Source of the DNA: Bacteroidota bacterium
GTDB taxonomy: Bacteria > Bacteroidota > Bacteroidia > NS11-12g > UBA955
Length of the DNA: 64,000 bases
Assembly: GCA_030834125.1 (NCBI GenBank)
Contig: JAURFW010000001.1
Location: 160,200-224,199 of the forward strand
Direction of reading: 5' to 3'
A program made the position numbers and the translations under genes. The notes beneath the pieces were generated by a model that searched no databases, was not told the DNA's origin, and worked only from the letters and a program-made list of their open reading frames with translations. Shown in pieces: positions 20,945 through 31,082 of the stretch; position 1 is the stretch's first letter; every line of letters starts with the position of its first letter.

Positions 20945-21853
20945 TTAATTTTCTAATCCATTAATTAAGTTTAGTAATTCATTGGCTTGCATCATTTTAT
21001 GATTATTATTCTGTAACTTATATGAGTAATGAATATTTCTTAACATGCGCAACAAGATATCCTTACTACTGCAAGGGACCATAAATTGGTTATTGGGATT
21101 TATTTTGATAACTTTCAAGAATGCTAACAAGCTTTCTTTTGTAAATATTTGACCTTTACTGAATGGATTTATATAAAATATAATGGATTCCACTTTCTTA
21201 TTGGAAATCTCATCAAAATCCCAAATTTGATTTTGATTTAATTCTTGTTGTAGTTGACCATATCCCAATACAAAATGTTGGGGTAGGTTTACACCAAATA
21301 GTGGTATTCCCAAACTATTTGCTAAGGTTAAATAAAGTATTGATAAAGATATTGGATTTCCCGTTTTTGTTTCTAATACTCTCAATAAAATTGAATTATC
21401 TATATGATGATAATCTTCATTATTGCCTTTGAAGCCAAATACCTCAAAAAACACATGATTAATGACTTGAATTTGATCAATAGGGTTTTTCACCTCTGCT
21501 AATTTGATCCAAATTTGAAGCTTCAACTCATTTAAATGAGCTTTTATTTGTGCCTCTGTAATATTGGGATATTCAAGTCTGCTAGCTAAAACCCATGCAT
21601 TTAAAGGAGACAAAGAATTATTAGACAATGCTATTTTTACATCAGATTTTAAATTCTCAAATTGTATTTCTTGAATTACATTCTCAATGATACCTGAATA
21701 ACTAGGTAAAGCATCCTCAAACCACAATTTTTCAAGAACCGGGATTATCTTTTCGCAATCTTGAAGCATTGAGTTTCTAACCGTTTTAACTACTTCAGAA
21801 TCATCATCATCTAGAAGTTTTACCATGGCTATTATTTGAGACTCAGAATACAA
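20945..21853 (-). CDS. SirB1 / transglutaminase-like domain protein
   Basis: FGFKGN..DY, KTGNPISLSILY, GVNLPQHF and YINPF. TTG start. Confidence 0.85.
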   Translation of the reverse strand: MYSESQIIAMVKLLDDDDSEVVKTVRNSMLQDCEKIIPVLEKLWFEDALPSYSGIIENVIQEIQFENLKSDVKIALSNNSLSPLNAWVLASRLEYPNITEAQIKAHLNELKLQIWIKLAEVKNPIDQIQVINHVFFEVFGFKGNNEDYHHIDNSILLRVLETKTGNPISLSILYLTLANSLGIPLFGVNLPQHFVLGYGQLQQELNQNQIWDFDEISNKKVESIIFYINPFSKGQIFTKESLLAFLKVIKINPNNQFMVPCSSKDILLRMLRNIHYSYKLQNNNHKMMQANELLNLINGLEN

Positions 21854-21856
21854 AAT

Positions 21857-24355
21857 CTATTTTTTAGATTTAGCTTTGGTTTTCTTAGTTGTTTTTTTCT
21901 TTGCAGGAGTTGCCTTTGCAATGTTCAAAATTTGCTCAATCGTGATATCTTCAGCTTGTATATCTTTTGGGATTTTTAGGTTTTCCTTTCCATGCTTGAT
22001 ATAAGGTCCATAACGCCCTCTAAGCACTTGAGTATCTGGATGTCCATCAAATTCTTTGATTAATTTTTTCTTCTCAGATTCTCTTTTTTCTGATATTAGT
22101 TCAATAGCTCTTTCCAATGATATACTTAAGGGGTCTTCTGACTTTGGAATACTTGCAAATAATGAACCGTGTTTAACATAAGGACCAAACCTACCATTTC
22201 CTACAGTAATTTTTGAACCTTCCAAGTCTCCAAGTTCCAAAGGAAAAGACGGTTGCTTCAAAGCATCTATAATGATAGCTTCGATAACATCTTGATTTAG
22301 TGTTAGTAGGGTCTCTTCTGAATCAAGATTTATATATCTGTCTTTAAATTTCAAATATGGTCCATATCTTCCTTTTCCCACAGTTACTGGTTCTCCCTCA
22401 AATTCGAAACCAGTATTCATAAGAGATAACAATTGTATTGCTTCTGCAAATGATATTGATTCCAATCTTTGGCTATTCAACAAACTAGCGAATTGAGGAG
22501 TCTCAGTCTCTTCAGAAGACCCCAATTGAACCATGGGCCCGAATTTTCCCATTCTTACAAGAACTGTCATCCCAGACATTGGATCATTACCTAATATTCT
22601 TTCTCCGCGTACTCTATCAGCTTCTGATTCAGTTTTCTCTAGCGTTGATTTAAAAGGGCTGTAGAATGTTTTTAACATATCTTGCCAAGACTTCATCCCT
22701 TGAGCAATTTCATCAAATTCTTTTTCTACCGAGGCCGTAAAACCATAATCCATAATGTCGGTAAAATGTTCAGATAAAAAGTCTGTAACTAACATCCCAA
22801 TATCCGATGGGAATAATTTATTTGACTCGGCATCGTAGTTTTCAGAAATAGCGGTTTCTACAATATCATATGAGGTAAGTTCAAATTGTTTTACTTCTCT
22901 AACCTTGGCAGGACGACTCTCTTTGGTTATATATCCCCTATTTTGAATAGTTTGGATGGTAGGTGCATATGTTGACGGCCTACCTATTCCTAACTCCTCT
23001 AATTTTTTCACTAATGATGCTTCAGTATATCTTGGAGGATGTTTTGAAAATCTTTCTTTAGCGATGATTCTATCATATGCTAACTTTTCTCCTTTGTCTA
23101 CTTTAGGCAATAAGCCAGCATTATCCTCATCACCTTCATCGTCTGTTCCTTCCAAATAAACCTTTAAAAAACCTTCAAATTTCATCACTTCACCGTCTGC
23201 CTTGAAAATTAATTGATTCTTATTATTGCTAAATGTAATAATAGTTTTTTCAAGTTCGGCTCTGCTCATCTGGGATGAAATTGCGCGCTTCCAAATAAGT
23301 TGATATAATTTCTTTTCTTGTGGGGTATTCCCAGCTTCGTGATTGCTAAAATAGGTAGGTCTTATTGCTTCATGTGCTTCTTGGGCAGAACTATTTTTTG
23401 TTGCAAAATTTTTAGGCGCAGAGAATTTCTCACTATAAGAAGTAAGGATTTCCTGCTTTGCACCATCTACAGCAGTTTTACTCAAATTTGTTGAGTCAGT
23501 TCTCATATAAGTGATATGACCGTTCTCGTATAACTTTTGCGCTAATTGCATAGTTAATCCAACTCCATATCCTAATTTTCTTGCAGCTTCTTGTTGAAGA
23601 GTTGATGTTGTAAATGGAGGAGCGGGATTTCTGTAAGTAGGCTTAACTTCAATTGAGTCCACATTAAATGTTGCTCCGGCAATTTGATTTAATATCTCTT
23701 TTGCGTCGGAATTTGATTTTGGACGATTGGTTAATTCTGTATCAATTAATTTACCCTCTTCAGTTTTCAACTTTGCCCAAATACGGTATTCACTGCTTGC
23801 TTGAAAATCAAATATTTCTCTTTCTCTTTCAACGACCAATCTAACAGAAACTGACTGTACACGGCCAGCACTTAAATTTGGTTGAACACGCTTCCAGAGA
23901 ATCGGTGATATTCCAAATCCAACCAAACGGTCAAGAATTCTCCGCGCTTGTTGAGCATCTACGAGATAATTATCTATTTGTCTCGGATTCTCTACTGCCT
24001 TTAAAATTGCAGGCTTAGTTATTTCGTTAAATACAATTCTTTTTGTTTCCTTTTTTTCAAGTTTCAATTCCTCATACAAATGCCAAGATATTGCTTCTCC
24101 CTCTCGGTCCTCGTCCGTTGCTAACCATATTACTTCACTGTCTTTAACATATTTTTTTAAGTCTTTTACTATTGAAAATTTTTCTGGTGACACCTCATAT
24201 TTTGGAATAAATCCATTATTTATATCGATTGCGTCATTTCCATCAGCAAGGTCACGAATGTGTCCTTTACAAGAAACTACTTTAAACTCTTTACCGAGGA
24301 ATTTTTCAATTGTTTTTGCTTTCGCTGGAGACTCTACTATTACCAAGTTCTTCAT
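21857..24355 (-). CDS. topA: DNA topoisomerase I
   Basis: LVIVESPAKAKTI, DEDREGEAI, SAGRVQS, ITYMRTDS and GIGRPSTYA. Four C-terminal G(R/K)(F/Y)GP repeats and a Lys-rich tail. Confidence 0.98.
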   Translation of the reverse strand: MKNLVIVESPAKAKTIEKFLGKEFKVVSCKGHIRDLADGNDAIDINNGFIPKYEVSPEKFSIVKDLKKYVKDSEVIWLATDEDREGEAISWHLYEELKLEKKETKRIVFNEITKPAILKAVENPRQIDNYLVDAQQARRILDRLVGFGISPILWKRVQPNLSAGRVQSVSVRLVVEREREIFDFQASSEYRIWAKLKTEEGKLIDTELTNRPKSNSDAKEILNQIAGATFNVDSIEVKPTYRNPAPPFTTSTLQQEAARKLGYGVGLTMQLAQKLYENGHITYMRTDSTNLSKTAVDGAKQEILTSYSEKFSAPKNFATKNSSAQEAHEAIRPTYFSNHEAGNTPQEKKLYQLIWKRAISSQMSRAELEKTIITFSNNKNQLIFKADGEVMKFEGFLKVYLEGTDDEGDEDNAGLLPKVDKGEKLAYDRIIAKERFSKHPPRYTEASLVKKLEELGIGRPSTYAPTIQTIQNRGYITKESRPAKVREVKQFELTSYDIVETAISENYDAESNKLFPSDIGMLVTDFLSEHFTDIMDYGFTASVEKEFDEIAQGMKSWQDMLKTFYSPFKSTLEKTESEADRVRGERILGNDPMSGMTVLVRMGKFGPMVQLGSSEETETPQFASLLNSQRLESISFAEAIQLLSLMNTGFEFEGEPVTVGKGRYGPYLKFKDRYINLDSEETLLTLNQDVIEAIIIDALKQPSFPLELGDLEGSKITVGNGRFGPYVKHGSLFASIPKSEDPLSISLERAIELISEKRESEKKKLIKEFDGHPDTQVLRGRYGPYIKHGKENLKIPKDIQAEDITIEQILNIAKATPAKKKTTKKTKAKSKK

Positions 24356-24363
24356 TCTAGTTC

Positions 24364-26466
24364 TTAATCTAATATATTCAGTGTTTGAGTTGCCGCACCA
24401 TCAGTTGTATTAACGTTTAAGTAGTATATACCAGATGCAAGATCTGACAACTCTATATTGTATTTAAATAATCCAACCTCAATATTATCAATTTTGTCTT
24501 CAAAAACTTCTCTACCCATTTGATCTACGATCGAGACTACTGCACCATTAATTTTTTTGTAAGTATTGAATTGCACTTTTACAAAATCAACTGTAGGGTT
24601 AGGATAGATTTTTATTTCCGCAATATCAGAATTTATATGATTCGTGTTCGCATACCATTGACTGATATTTATGTTATCAATGTAAATAGGATTTCCTCCC
24701 GCGCTCACCACATCAATTCTAAAAATTGCGTTTTCAGCATCTCCATAACCAAGATTATCCAAAGCTGCAAGGCCTTGCCTTTTCCACTGACTATTAGACG
24801 TTGGTTTAAAGTTTGATGTATATGATGCATTTAAGTAGGATAATGCTGCTCCTCTTCTTTCGAATATTTGTTCCCACGACCCACCGCAATCTGTAGAGAT
24901 GAAAATTCTAAGTATTTCTGATACGTCGGCTGAAGGTTGAGCATAGGAAGTATAAAATGTAAACTTAGGCGAACTTGTTCCACTCAACTGTTTCAAATTA
25001 AAAGATTGGGTTTTGAAACTATACACTTTTCCAGGAGTTGATCCAGTTATTATAGGAGCGTAAAAGGAGTTATCTCCAGTATATGCTACTTGATCCGTAA
25101 TTTTAAACTGCGTTCCTGATGGCGATAAGTTTACGATTCTGCCGTCTGACGTTGGGTCAACATTTTCAAATCCCTCCTCATAATTGGGATATGCCTGAGA
25201 AATAGATGGGAGGACTGTGATATAATCTGATTTTGTAGCAGTTGTATTTCCATATGAGTTTTGAACTGTAAGAGATACGGAATATGTTCCAGGAGATTGA
25301 TATATTACCTCCGGATTTATATCTGTTGATGAAGGCTTAGTAGAACCTTGTATTGTCCAAGATCGAACATTAGGTTCTCCTTTACAAGATAAATCGTAGA
25401 ATTTCACTGGAGTTCCAGCGCATATCACAGTACTTGAAGCGGTAAACTCTGCTAAGGGTTTTGTTGCTTGTTTTAAAACACCAGTTGCAATTAAATTTGA
25501 TGACGCCGTATTGGCATTTCTAGGATTTGAAGTTAATGAAGTATGCATCCTATCAATTTGATCAAATGTAAATGCCGCCATACAATTTCCATCTGAATAA
25601 TCCATGTAATTTTCCCACATATCTAAATCGTCCGGACTGTCGTTGGTACAAGAATTGCCATTTGCAGGACAATTTGCATTCGAAAAAGTTCCATTTACAG
25701 GGGGGGTATCCGCACAACCATCACCTGAACTGCAACCACCCTGAAATGTATGGTAAAGTCCTAGCCAATGACCCAACTCATGGGTTAGGGTTCTACCGCC
25801 GTCAGAATTTGCTGCGGTGCCAATAGTACCTACTCTGTCGTGACGTATCACAATCCCATCTTTATTAAATCCAGCGGTCCAGGGGAAAACTGCATAACCG
25901 AGAACAGTTCCTGTACCGGACCCGTCAACAATATTTGTTACTACCCAAATATTCAAATATTTCTTATAATTCCAATAAGCAAGATCCTTTACTGGCTCAT
26001 CATTCATATACATATCTACCCCTTCAGTGGAATAAATTCTATTGATTCCGTCAAAGCAATTCCCATTTGGGTCTATAGATGCAAGTTCAAATTGAATATC
26101 AGCAGACCCGACACGATTAACAAATTGTGACCTTAAACTAGACTTATTAGCATTTGTATAAGAAAAATCTTCATTTAAGACCCTGATTTGATCAAGAATC
26201 TGTTCACGGGAGATATTTTCAGGACCATTAGTATGAATCACGTGAAAAACTACAGGAATAGTATACTTGGTAGCTCTTTTATTCACAGAGGATTTTATCT
26301 TTTTGTAATCCGTAACTTCCCCCTCAAATTGTTGTTGACTTTTTATAATTTCTGGATGTTTTTCAACCAAATTATCATAATAAATATCGGTTCCGCACTT
26401 ATGTTGAGCATGTGCTTGTGCAGTCAACATAAAAAACCCTATCACTAAAAATTTTATTTTTTGCAT
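24364..26466 (-). CDS. Secreted M43-family zinc metalloprotease with a PKD domain and T9SS type-A C-terminal domain
   Basis: Signal peptide, cysteine-switch-like KCGTD, IPVVFHVI, HELGHWLGLYH, ENYMDYS, PGTYSVSLTV, and IYPNP...SGIYYL. Confidence 0.92.
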   Translation of the reverse strand: MQKIKFLVIGFFMLTAQAHAQHKCGTDIYYDNLVEKHPEIIKSQQQFEGEVTDYKKIKSSVNKRATKYTIPVVFHVIHTNGPENISREQILDQIRVLNEDFSYTNANKSSLRSQFVNRVGSADIQFELASIDPNGNCFDGINRIYSTEGVDMYMNDEPVKDLAYWNYKKYLNIWVVTNIVDGSGTGTVLGYAVFPWTAGFNKDGIVIRHDRVGTIGTAANSDGGRTLTHELGHWLGLYHTFQGGCSSGDGCADTPPVNGTFSNANCPANGNSCTNDSPDDLDMWENYMDYSDGNCMAAFTFDQIDRMHTSLTSNPRNANTASSNLIATGVLKQATKPLAEFTASSTVICAGTPVKFYDLSCKGEPNVRSWTIQGSTKPSSTDINPEVIYQSPGTYSVSLTVQNSYGNTTATKSDYITVLPSISQAYPNYEEGFENVDPTSDGRIVNLSPSGTQFKITDQVAYTGDNSFYAPIITGSTPGKVYSFKTQSFNLKQLSGTSSPKFTFYTSYAQPSADVSEILRIFISTDCGGSWEQIFERRGAALSYLNASYTSNFKPTSNSQWKRQGLAALDNLGYGDAENAIFRIDVVSAGGNPIYIDNINISQWYANTNHINSDIAEIKIYPNPTVDFVKVQFNTYKKINGAVVSIVDQMGREVFEDKIDNIEVGLFKYNIELSDLASGIYYLNVNTTDGAATQTLNILD

Positions 26467-26534
26467 TTTGCTACAAATAAAGTTTAAATCTTTTTGACAT
26501 TTAAGAATCTTTCCAAAAAATGAGATTGATAATC

Positions 26535-26915
26535 CTAATAATAAGACGAACGAAATCCTGTATACGAATCTTTATAATGTACCAATTGAATTGACCATTT
26601 GTTTTTAATAATTGCAATTACATCAAATCTAATTCTTTTATTATGAGGATATTGAACATTAAATTGATGGGCTGATTTTAGTATATTATTCCACTTTTTA
26701 GAGTTTATTTTAGTTTCTGGAAAGTTATTAGAAGTACCACTTAAATATTTAACTTCAACAAAAGCCCGAAAATTACTTTTTTCTACAATTAAATCTAATT
26801 CTGCATGGCCATTATGCCAATTTCTGCTAATTATCTCATAATTTGAGCGAAAAAGCCATTCTTCAGCTACATTTTCAAAATATAATCCAACCGCTCTTCT
26901 ATTTTGTGGTTTCAT
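26535..26915 (-). CDS. yraN: YraN family (UPF0102) putative endonuclease
   Basis: RNW...ELDLI, FVEVK and IRFDVIAI. Confidence 0.88.
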   Translation of the reverse strand: MKPQNRRAVGLYFENVAEEWLFRSNYEIISRNWHNGHAELDLIVEKSNFRAFVEVKYLSGTSNNFPETKINSKKWNNILKSAHQFNVQYPHNKRIRFDVIAIIKNKWSIQLVHYKDSYTGFRSSYY

Positions 26916-26973
26916 TAATTCAAAGTTATTGTCCTGATAGTTATTTGCGGTTTGGATGACTTATTTTTGCTCA

Positions 26974-27648
26974 ATGAATTTTTGCAAAATTCACAAATTG
27001 GGAGTGGAATCCTATTTTAAGGTATGGGAATTTCAAAAGAAACTATTTGCCGAGAATATCCTAAATAAAGAAAATAAACAACCAACTCTGAATCATTTGA
27101 TAATTGTTGAACATCCTCATGTATACACTTTCGGAAAATATGGAAAACAAGAAAACCTCCTTGTATCTAAAGATTGGTTAAAGCAAAGAGGAGCAGAAGT
27201 TTACAGTGTTGAAAGAGGAGGTGATATTACCTATCACGGGCCTGGTCAATTAGTAGTATATCCAATATTCGATTTGGAGTCAATGAAACTAGGATTAAAA
27301 GCATATATTCAAATGTTAGAGAAATCAATAATTGAGTTGCTTGCAGAATTTGACATCAAATCGGAAATTGTATCTGGTAAAATTGGAGTATGGATTGATG
27401 TTGGAGGAAATAATGAAAGAAAAATTGCAGCAATTGGAGTGAAAAGTTCAAAGTTTATTACCATGCATGGTTTGGCATTAAACGTTTCACCTGACTTATC
27501 CATGTTTAACCATATCGTTCCTTGTGGTATTAAGAATAAAGGAGTGAGTAGCATTAGTAATGAATTGAACGAAAAAATTGATATATCGATAGTGAAATCA
27601 AAATTAATAGAGATTTTGAAGGTTAACTTTGATTTAGATTTTTTATGA
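26974..27648 (+). CDS. lipB: Lipoyl(octanoyl) transferase
   Basis: EHPHVYT, RGGDITYHGPGQ, KIAAIG, TMHGLALNV and IVPCGI. Start placed after the -7 box at 26962-26969. Confidence 0.95.
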   Translation: MNFCKIHKLGVESYFKVWEFQKKLFAENILNKENKQPTLNHLIIVEHPHVYTFGKYGKQENLLVSKDWLKQRGAEVYSVERGGDITYHGPGQLVVYPIFDLESMKLGLKAYIQMLEKSIIELLAEFDIKSEIVSGKIGVWIDVGGNNERKIAAIGVKSSKFITMHGLALNVSPDLSMFNHIVPCGIKNKGVSSISNELNEKIDISIVKSKLIEILKVNFDLDFL

Positions 27649-28250
27649 AAAGAACTGGAATTTTAACCCTTGCAATTATCGCTTTTTTGGGATTAATTTT
27701 ATTTGGAACTGGTTGTAATGCATACAATGGACTTGTAGATTTAGATGAAGAAGTTTCAAAATCATGGAAGAATGTAGAAGCCCAATATCAACGCCGAGCA
27801 GATTTAATTAAAAACTTGGCAGAAACTGTTGTAAAAGCAACTGAAAGTGAGAAGGATATATTGTCGAGTGTTATTGAAGCTAGATCTAGAGCAACAGGTG
27901 TAACATTGGATGGTGATAATTTAACTCCTGATAAAATCAAACAATTTGAGGCCGCACAACAAAATATGTCTGGTGCACTCAGTCGGTTGATGTTAGTGGT
28001 GGAAAGGTATCCTAATTTAAAATCAATTGATCAGTTTAACAAGTTAAATGATGAATTGTCTGGCACAGAAAATAGAATCTCTACTGCCCGAATTGACTTC
28101 AATGAAATGGTTGCTAAATACAATAAAAAAGTACGTCGGTTCCCGTCGAATATATTTGCGGGTATGTTTGGGTTTGAAAAGAAGGTTGGATTCGAATCAA
28201 AACCAGGAGCTGATGAAGCTACGGATTTAGGAGAGATATACAACAAGTAA
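27645..28250 (+). CDS. lemA: LemA family protein
   Basis: YNGLV, QYQRRADLI, VERYPNLK, ENRI..AR and FPSNIFA. Confidence 0.94.
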   Translation: MKRTGILTLAIIAFLGLILFGTGCNAYNGLVDLDEEVSKSWKNVEAQYQRRADLIKNLAETVVKATESEKDILSSVIEARSRATGVTLDGDNLTPDKIKQFEAAQQNMSGALSRLMLVVERYPNLKSIDQFNKLNDELSGTENRISTARIDFNEMVAKYNKKVRRFPSNIFAGMFGFEKKVGFESKPGADEATDLGEIYNK

Positions 28251-28256
28251 ATACAA

Positions 28257-28721
28257 ATGAGTATTTGGGCGAGAATTTTTAGTGCACATCGTATTCCTTC
28301 AGGTATTAATCTCGATGTTAAAGCAATTTCAAATGCAATTGCCTTAGCAGAAGAAGGAACCTCGGCAGAAATCAGAGTGCATTACACCATTTGTAAGGGC
28401 AAATTAGATATTCTAGAAGATGCAAAAAAGGTCTTTAATCAATTGGGGATGCAAAATACTAAGAATAGAAATGCCGTACTCATCTATTTAAGGTTAAATC
28501 AAAAACAAATCAGTATTATCGGTGATTCAGGGATTCATACTCATGTTGGGGATGATTTTTGGAATGCAGTTAAGGATGAGGTTATTGAGACCATTAAATC
28601 TTCAAACCTTACAAAAGGAATTGAAAAAGGAATTTCTATACTTGGAAATCAACTAGGAAAACATTTCCCTCCATCTGAAGAAAATCCGAATGAACTATCA
28701 AACGAAGTCACTTTTGGATAA
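28257..28721 (+). CDS. TPM domain-containing protein
   Basis: AEEGTSAEIRVH, RNAVLIY, IGDSGI and NPNELSNEV. Confidence 0.88.
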   Translation: MSIWARIFSAHRIPSGINLDVKAISNAIALAEEGTSAEIRVHYTICKGKLDILEDAKKVFNQLGMQNTKNRNAVLIYLRLNQKQISIIGDSGIHTHVGDDFWNAVKDEVIETIKSSNLTKGIEKGISILGNQLGKHFPPSEENPNELSNEVTFG

Positions 28722-29505
28722 ATTCAAGGATTACACAAGGCTAATTAGCAAAAACACCATTTTATTTTTTGCATCCGTAATTATTAACATTGGTTCAGTT
28801 TATGCTGAACAAACGTTGCCAAAATTCACAAACTATGTTAATGATTACAGTGGTGTTCTAAAAACCCAAGAAGTGAAATTACTTAATTCCTTAATGAGTA
28901 GTTTTGAAGATTCCGTTGGTGTTCAGATTGCAGTTTTAGTTGAGGAATCATCTCAACCCTATGACGTTTTTGATCGTGCTTTATTTGTTTCAAGAGGATG
29001 GAAAATTGGTAACAAAGGTGTAAATAACGGAATATTGATTTACCTCGCCATTAATGATAGAAAATACCATATTATTACTGCGGATAAAACGCAGGGGGCT
29101 TTAACGGATGGTATTATTGGCGAAATTGGTAGAAAAGCCTTGGTTCCATATTTAAAACAAGGAGATTATTACAGCGCCATTCGTGAAACGACTTATGAAT
29201 TAGCTTTTGCTGTAAAAGGCGAGTTTAATGGAAGAACAAGAAAATCAGAAAAAAAAGTTAATAATCCTTTAACCAAGATTCTTGGTCCGATAATATTTCT
29301 GGTTCTGTTTTACCTAATATTTTTCCGCCGAGGCGGTGGAGGTGGAATTGGAAGAAGGGGAATTTATCACACGCCCCTTTTCTTCGGTGGATTTGGCAGC
29401 GGCCATAGCAGAGGAGGACGTAGTTTTGGGAGCGGCAGTGATGGCTTTGGAGGCTTCGGTGGTGGTGGTGGTTTCAATGGTGGCGGCGCTGGCGGAAGCT
29501 GGTAG
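28690..29505 (+). CDS. TPM domain (YgcG-like) membrane protein with a Gly-rich tail
   Basis: VNDYSGVL, WKIG...NNGILI, one TM helix and terminal FGGGGGFNGGGAGGSW. Exact start uncertain. Confidence 0.88.
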   Translation: MNYQTKSLLDKFKDYTRLISKNTILFFASVIINIGSVYAEQTLPKFTNYVNDYSGVLKTQEVKLLNSLMSSFEDSVGVQIAVLVEESSQPYDVFDRALFVSRGWKIGNKGVNNGILIYLAINDRKYHIITADKTQGALTDGIIGEIGRKALVPYLKQGDYYSAIRETTYELAFAVKGEFNGRTRKSEKKVNNPLTKILGPIIFLVLFYLIFFRRGGGGGIGRRGIYHTPLFFGGFGSGHSRGGRSFGSGSDGFGGFGGGGGFNGGGAGGSW

Positions 29506-30990
29506 ATATGCTTTGTAATACAAGCGGAAGATTGTCCAAATATTTTTCTTAATTATTGGATTGATTCCTGATATAAGATGGTCTATCCAAGAGTCATAAA
29601 TTCTGATTGAATCAGATAAACCAATACCCAATTCTTTAAAGTTGTTTTTTCTTTCAGCCCAATTATTTGTATCCAAAAACACTACATATTCAGGAGGTTG
29701 ACGTTTTAGTATTCTTATTGAATCAAAATAATCAGAAGTACTAAGTTCTTGGGTTATGTGATCTATTTTCCCCTTCTTCCCCCAATAAAATAAAGGGAAA
29801 TACTCCCTACCCTGTCTTTGAGAATTTTCAACTAAAATTTTATTTGCATCGCCATTTTTATACAAAGTTAACATAACATCCATTTTTCCAGGTTTTGTGG
29901 ATGTGAATACTAAAGGGAAAATCAGGATTAAATTCGTTAACCAGAATGCCTTTTGCCATTTTTTTGTTTGAAATTTTTGAAGAAATTTGTTGGATGACAT
30001 TAAGAATTCAGCCCAACCAATAACTAAAAATAAGGGTAGAATTGTAAAAATAAATCTTTCTTGTTTATTGGGATATAGAGAATGAAAAACAATAAAAACG
30101 AGGATCGGAATTGACCATTTCCAATCTATTCTTAATGATTTCAGAAAACCAAAAAAAATTAATGGCCCAAATGGCAACAATCCTATTCCAAGTAAAAGAA
30201 AAATGTATTGATACCAAGGTCCATTAGGATACAAATGAGAGTTTTTTGAATTATAAGATACATACTCGATCAATTCATGCAAGGGTTCACCCCAAACCCA
30301 TATCTCTAAAGCAACATTGATAATTGTAAAACCAAATAAAAATCCAATGAAAACCAAAAGTGATTTTCTCAATGGATTTAATAACAAGAACATAATTCCT
30401 GCTGTACCACTTACTAAAATCGTTTGAAATCTCAGACCAAAAGCAATTGAAAACATGAGCCCAATGAGCATCAAAGTAATAGGTTTTATGTCTTGATTTG
30501 AGTTTAACTTCCACATTCCCCAAAACAACGGGGGGATTGATACAAATTCTACTAAATTTCTAACAGATAAATAAGGAAATAAGAAAAATATTGAGATAAT
30601 CCAAGCTGAATGAATTGCTAACTTAAAACCATATTTCTGTTTTGCCCACTGAAATACCCATTTAACCAATAGAAGGCTGTAAACAGCATGTAAAAGCCTT
30701 ATTAAAAACATTTGTAAATTGGGAGGAATACCTTGTGTGATATTTAGAAAGCCAAAATGAATTAAAGTATATAGCGATCCATGCGCAAGCCTTAAGGGAT
30801 CATAAGATGATGGATTCAGAAAGTCTCCGCTTTGCATCCATTGAAAAGCTTCTTCCATTACAAAAAAATGATCATCTGTAAATGCATATCCCCGACTAAA
30901 AAATGAGGCTAATAATCTGAAAAATAGTCCAACAAGCAGAATAAATCGTAAAGGATGCAGATTATAATATTTTCGTACTTTGGATATCAT
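29314..30990 (-). CDS. GT-C fold membrane glycosyltransferase (Alg9/PIG-B-like mannosyltransferase or GT39-like)
   Basis: Many TM helices, acidic DDHF in the first loop and a KQERF motif. Confidence 0.7.
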   Translation of the reverse strand: MISKVRKYYNLHPLRFILLVGLFFRLLASFFSRGYAFTDDHFFVMEEAFQWMQSGDFLNPSSYDPLRLAHGSLYTLIHFGFLNITQGIPPNLQMFLIRLLHAVYSLLLVKWVFQWAKQKYGFKLAIHSAWIISIFFLFPYLSVRNLVEFVSIPPLFWGMWKLNSNQDIKPITLMLIGLMFSIAFGLRFQTILVSGTAGIMFLLLNPLRKSLLVFIGFLFGFTIINVALEIWVWGEPLHELIEYVSYNSKNSHLYPNGPWYQYIFLLLGIGLLPFGPLIFFGFLKSLRIDWKWSIPILVFIVFHSLYPNKQERFIFTILPLFLVIGWAEFLMSSNKFLQKFQTKKWQKAFWLTNLILIFPLVFTSTKPGKMDVMLTLYKNGDANKILVENSQRQGREYFPLFYWGKKGKIDHITQELSTSDYFDSIRILKRQPPEYVVFLDTNNWAERKNNFKELGIGLSDSIRIYDSWIDHLISGINPIIKKNIWTIFRLYYKAYLPASASAATIETTTTTEASKAITAAPKTTSSSAMAAAKSTEEKGRVINSPSSNSTSTASAEKY

Positions 30991-31082
30991 CCAAAGACAA
31001 AATTACTATTAATTGGAGCAATACTTAAAACATTTCACTTTAAGTAGGTTTTTGGGTATTTACTTTTGTATTTTTGCGGTTT

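Noticed and set aside
21857..22600. Four G(R/K)(F/Y)GP repeats in TopA
   Set aside because: These are the known topoisomerase C-terminal repeats.
27645..29505. lemA-TPM-TPM module as a novel system
   Set aside because: A widespread, already described gene cluster, although its function is unclear.
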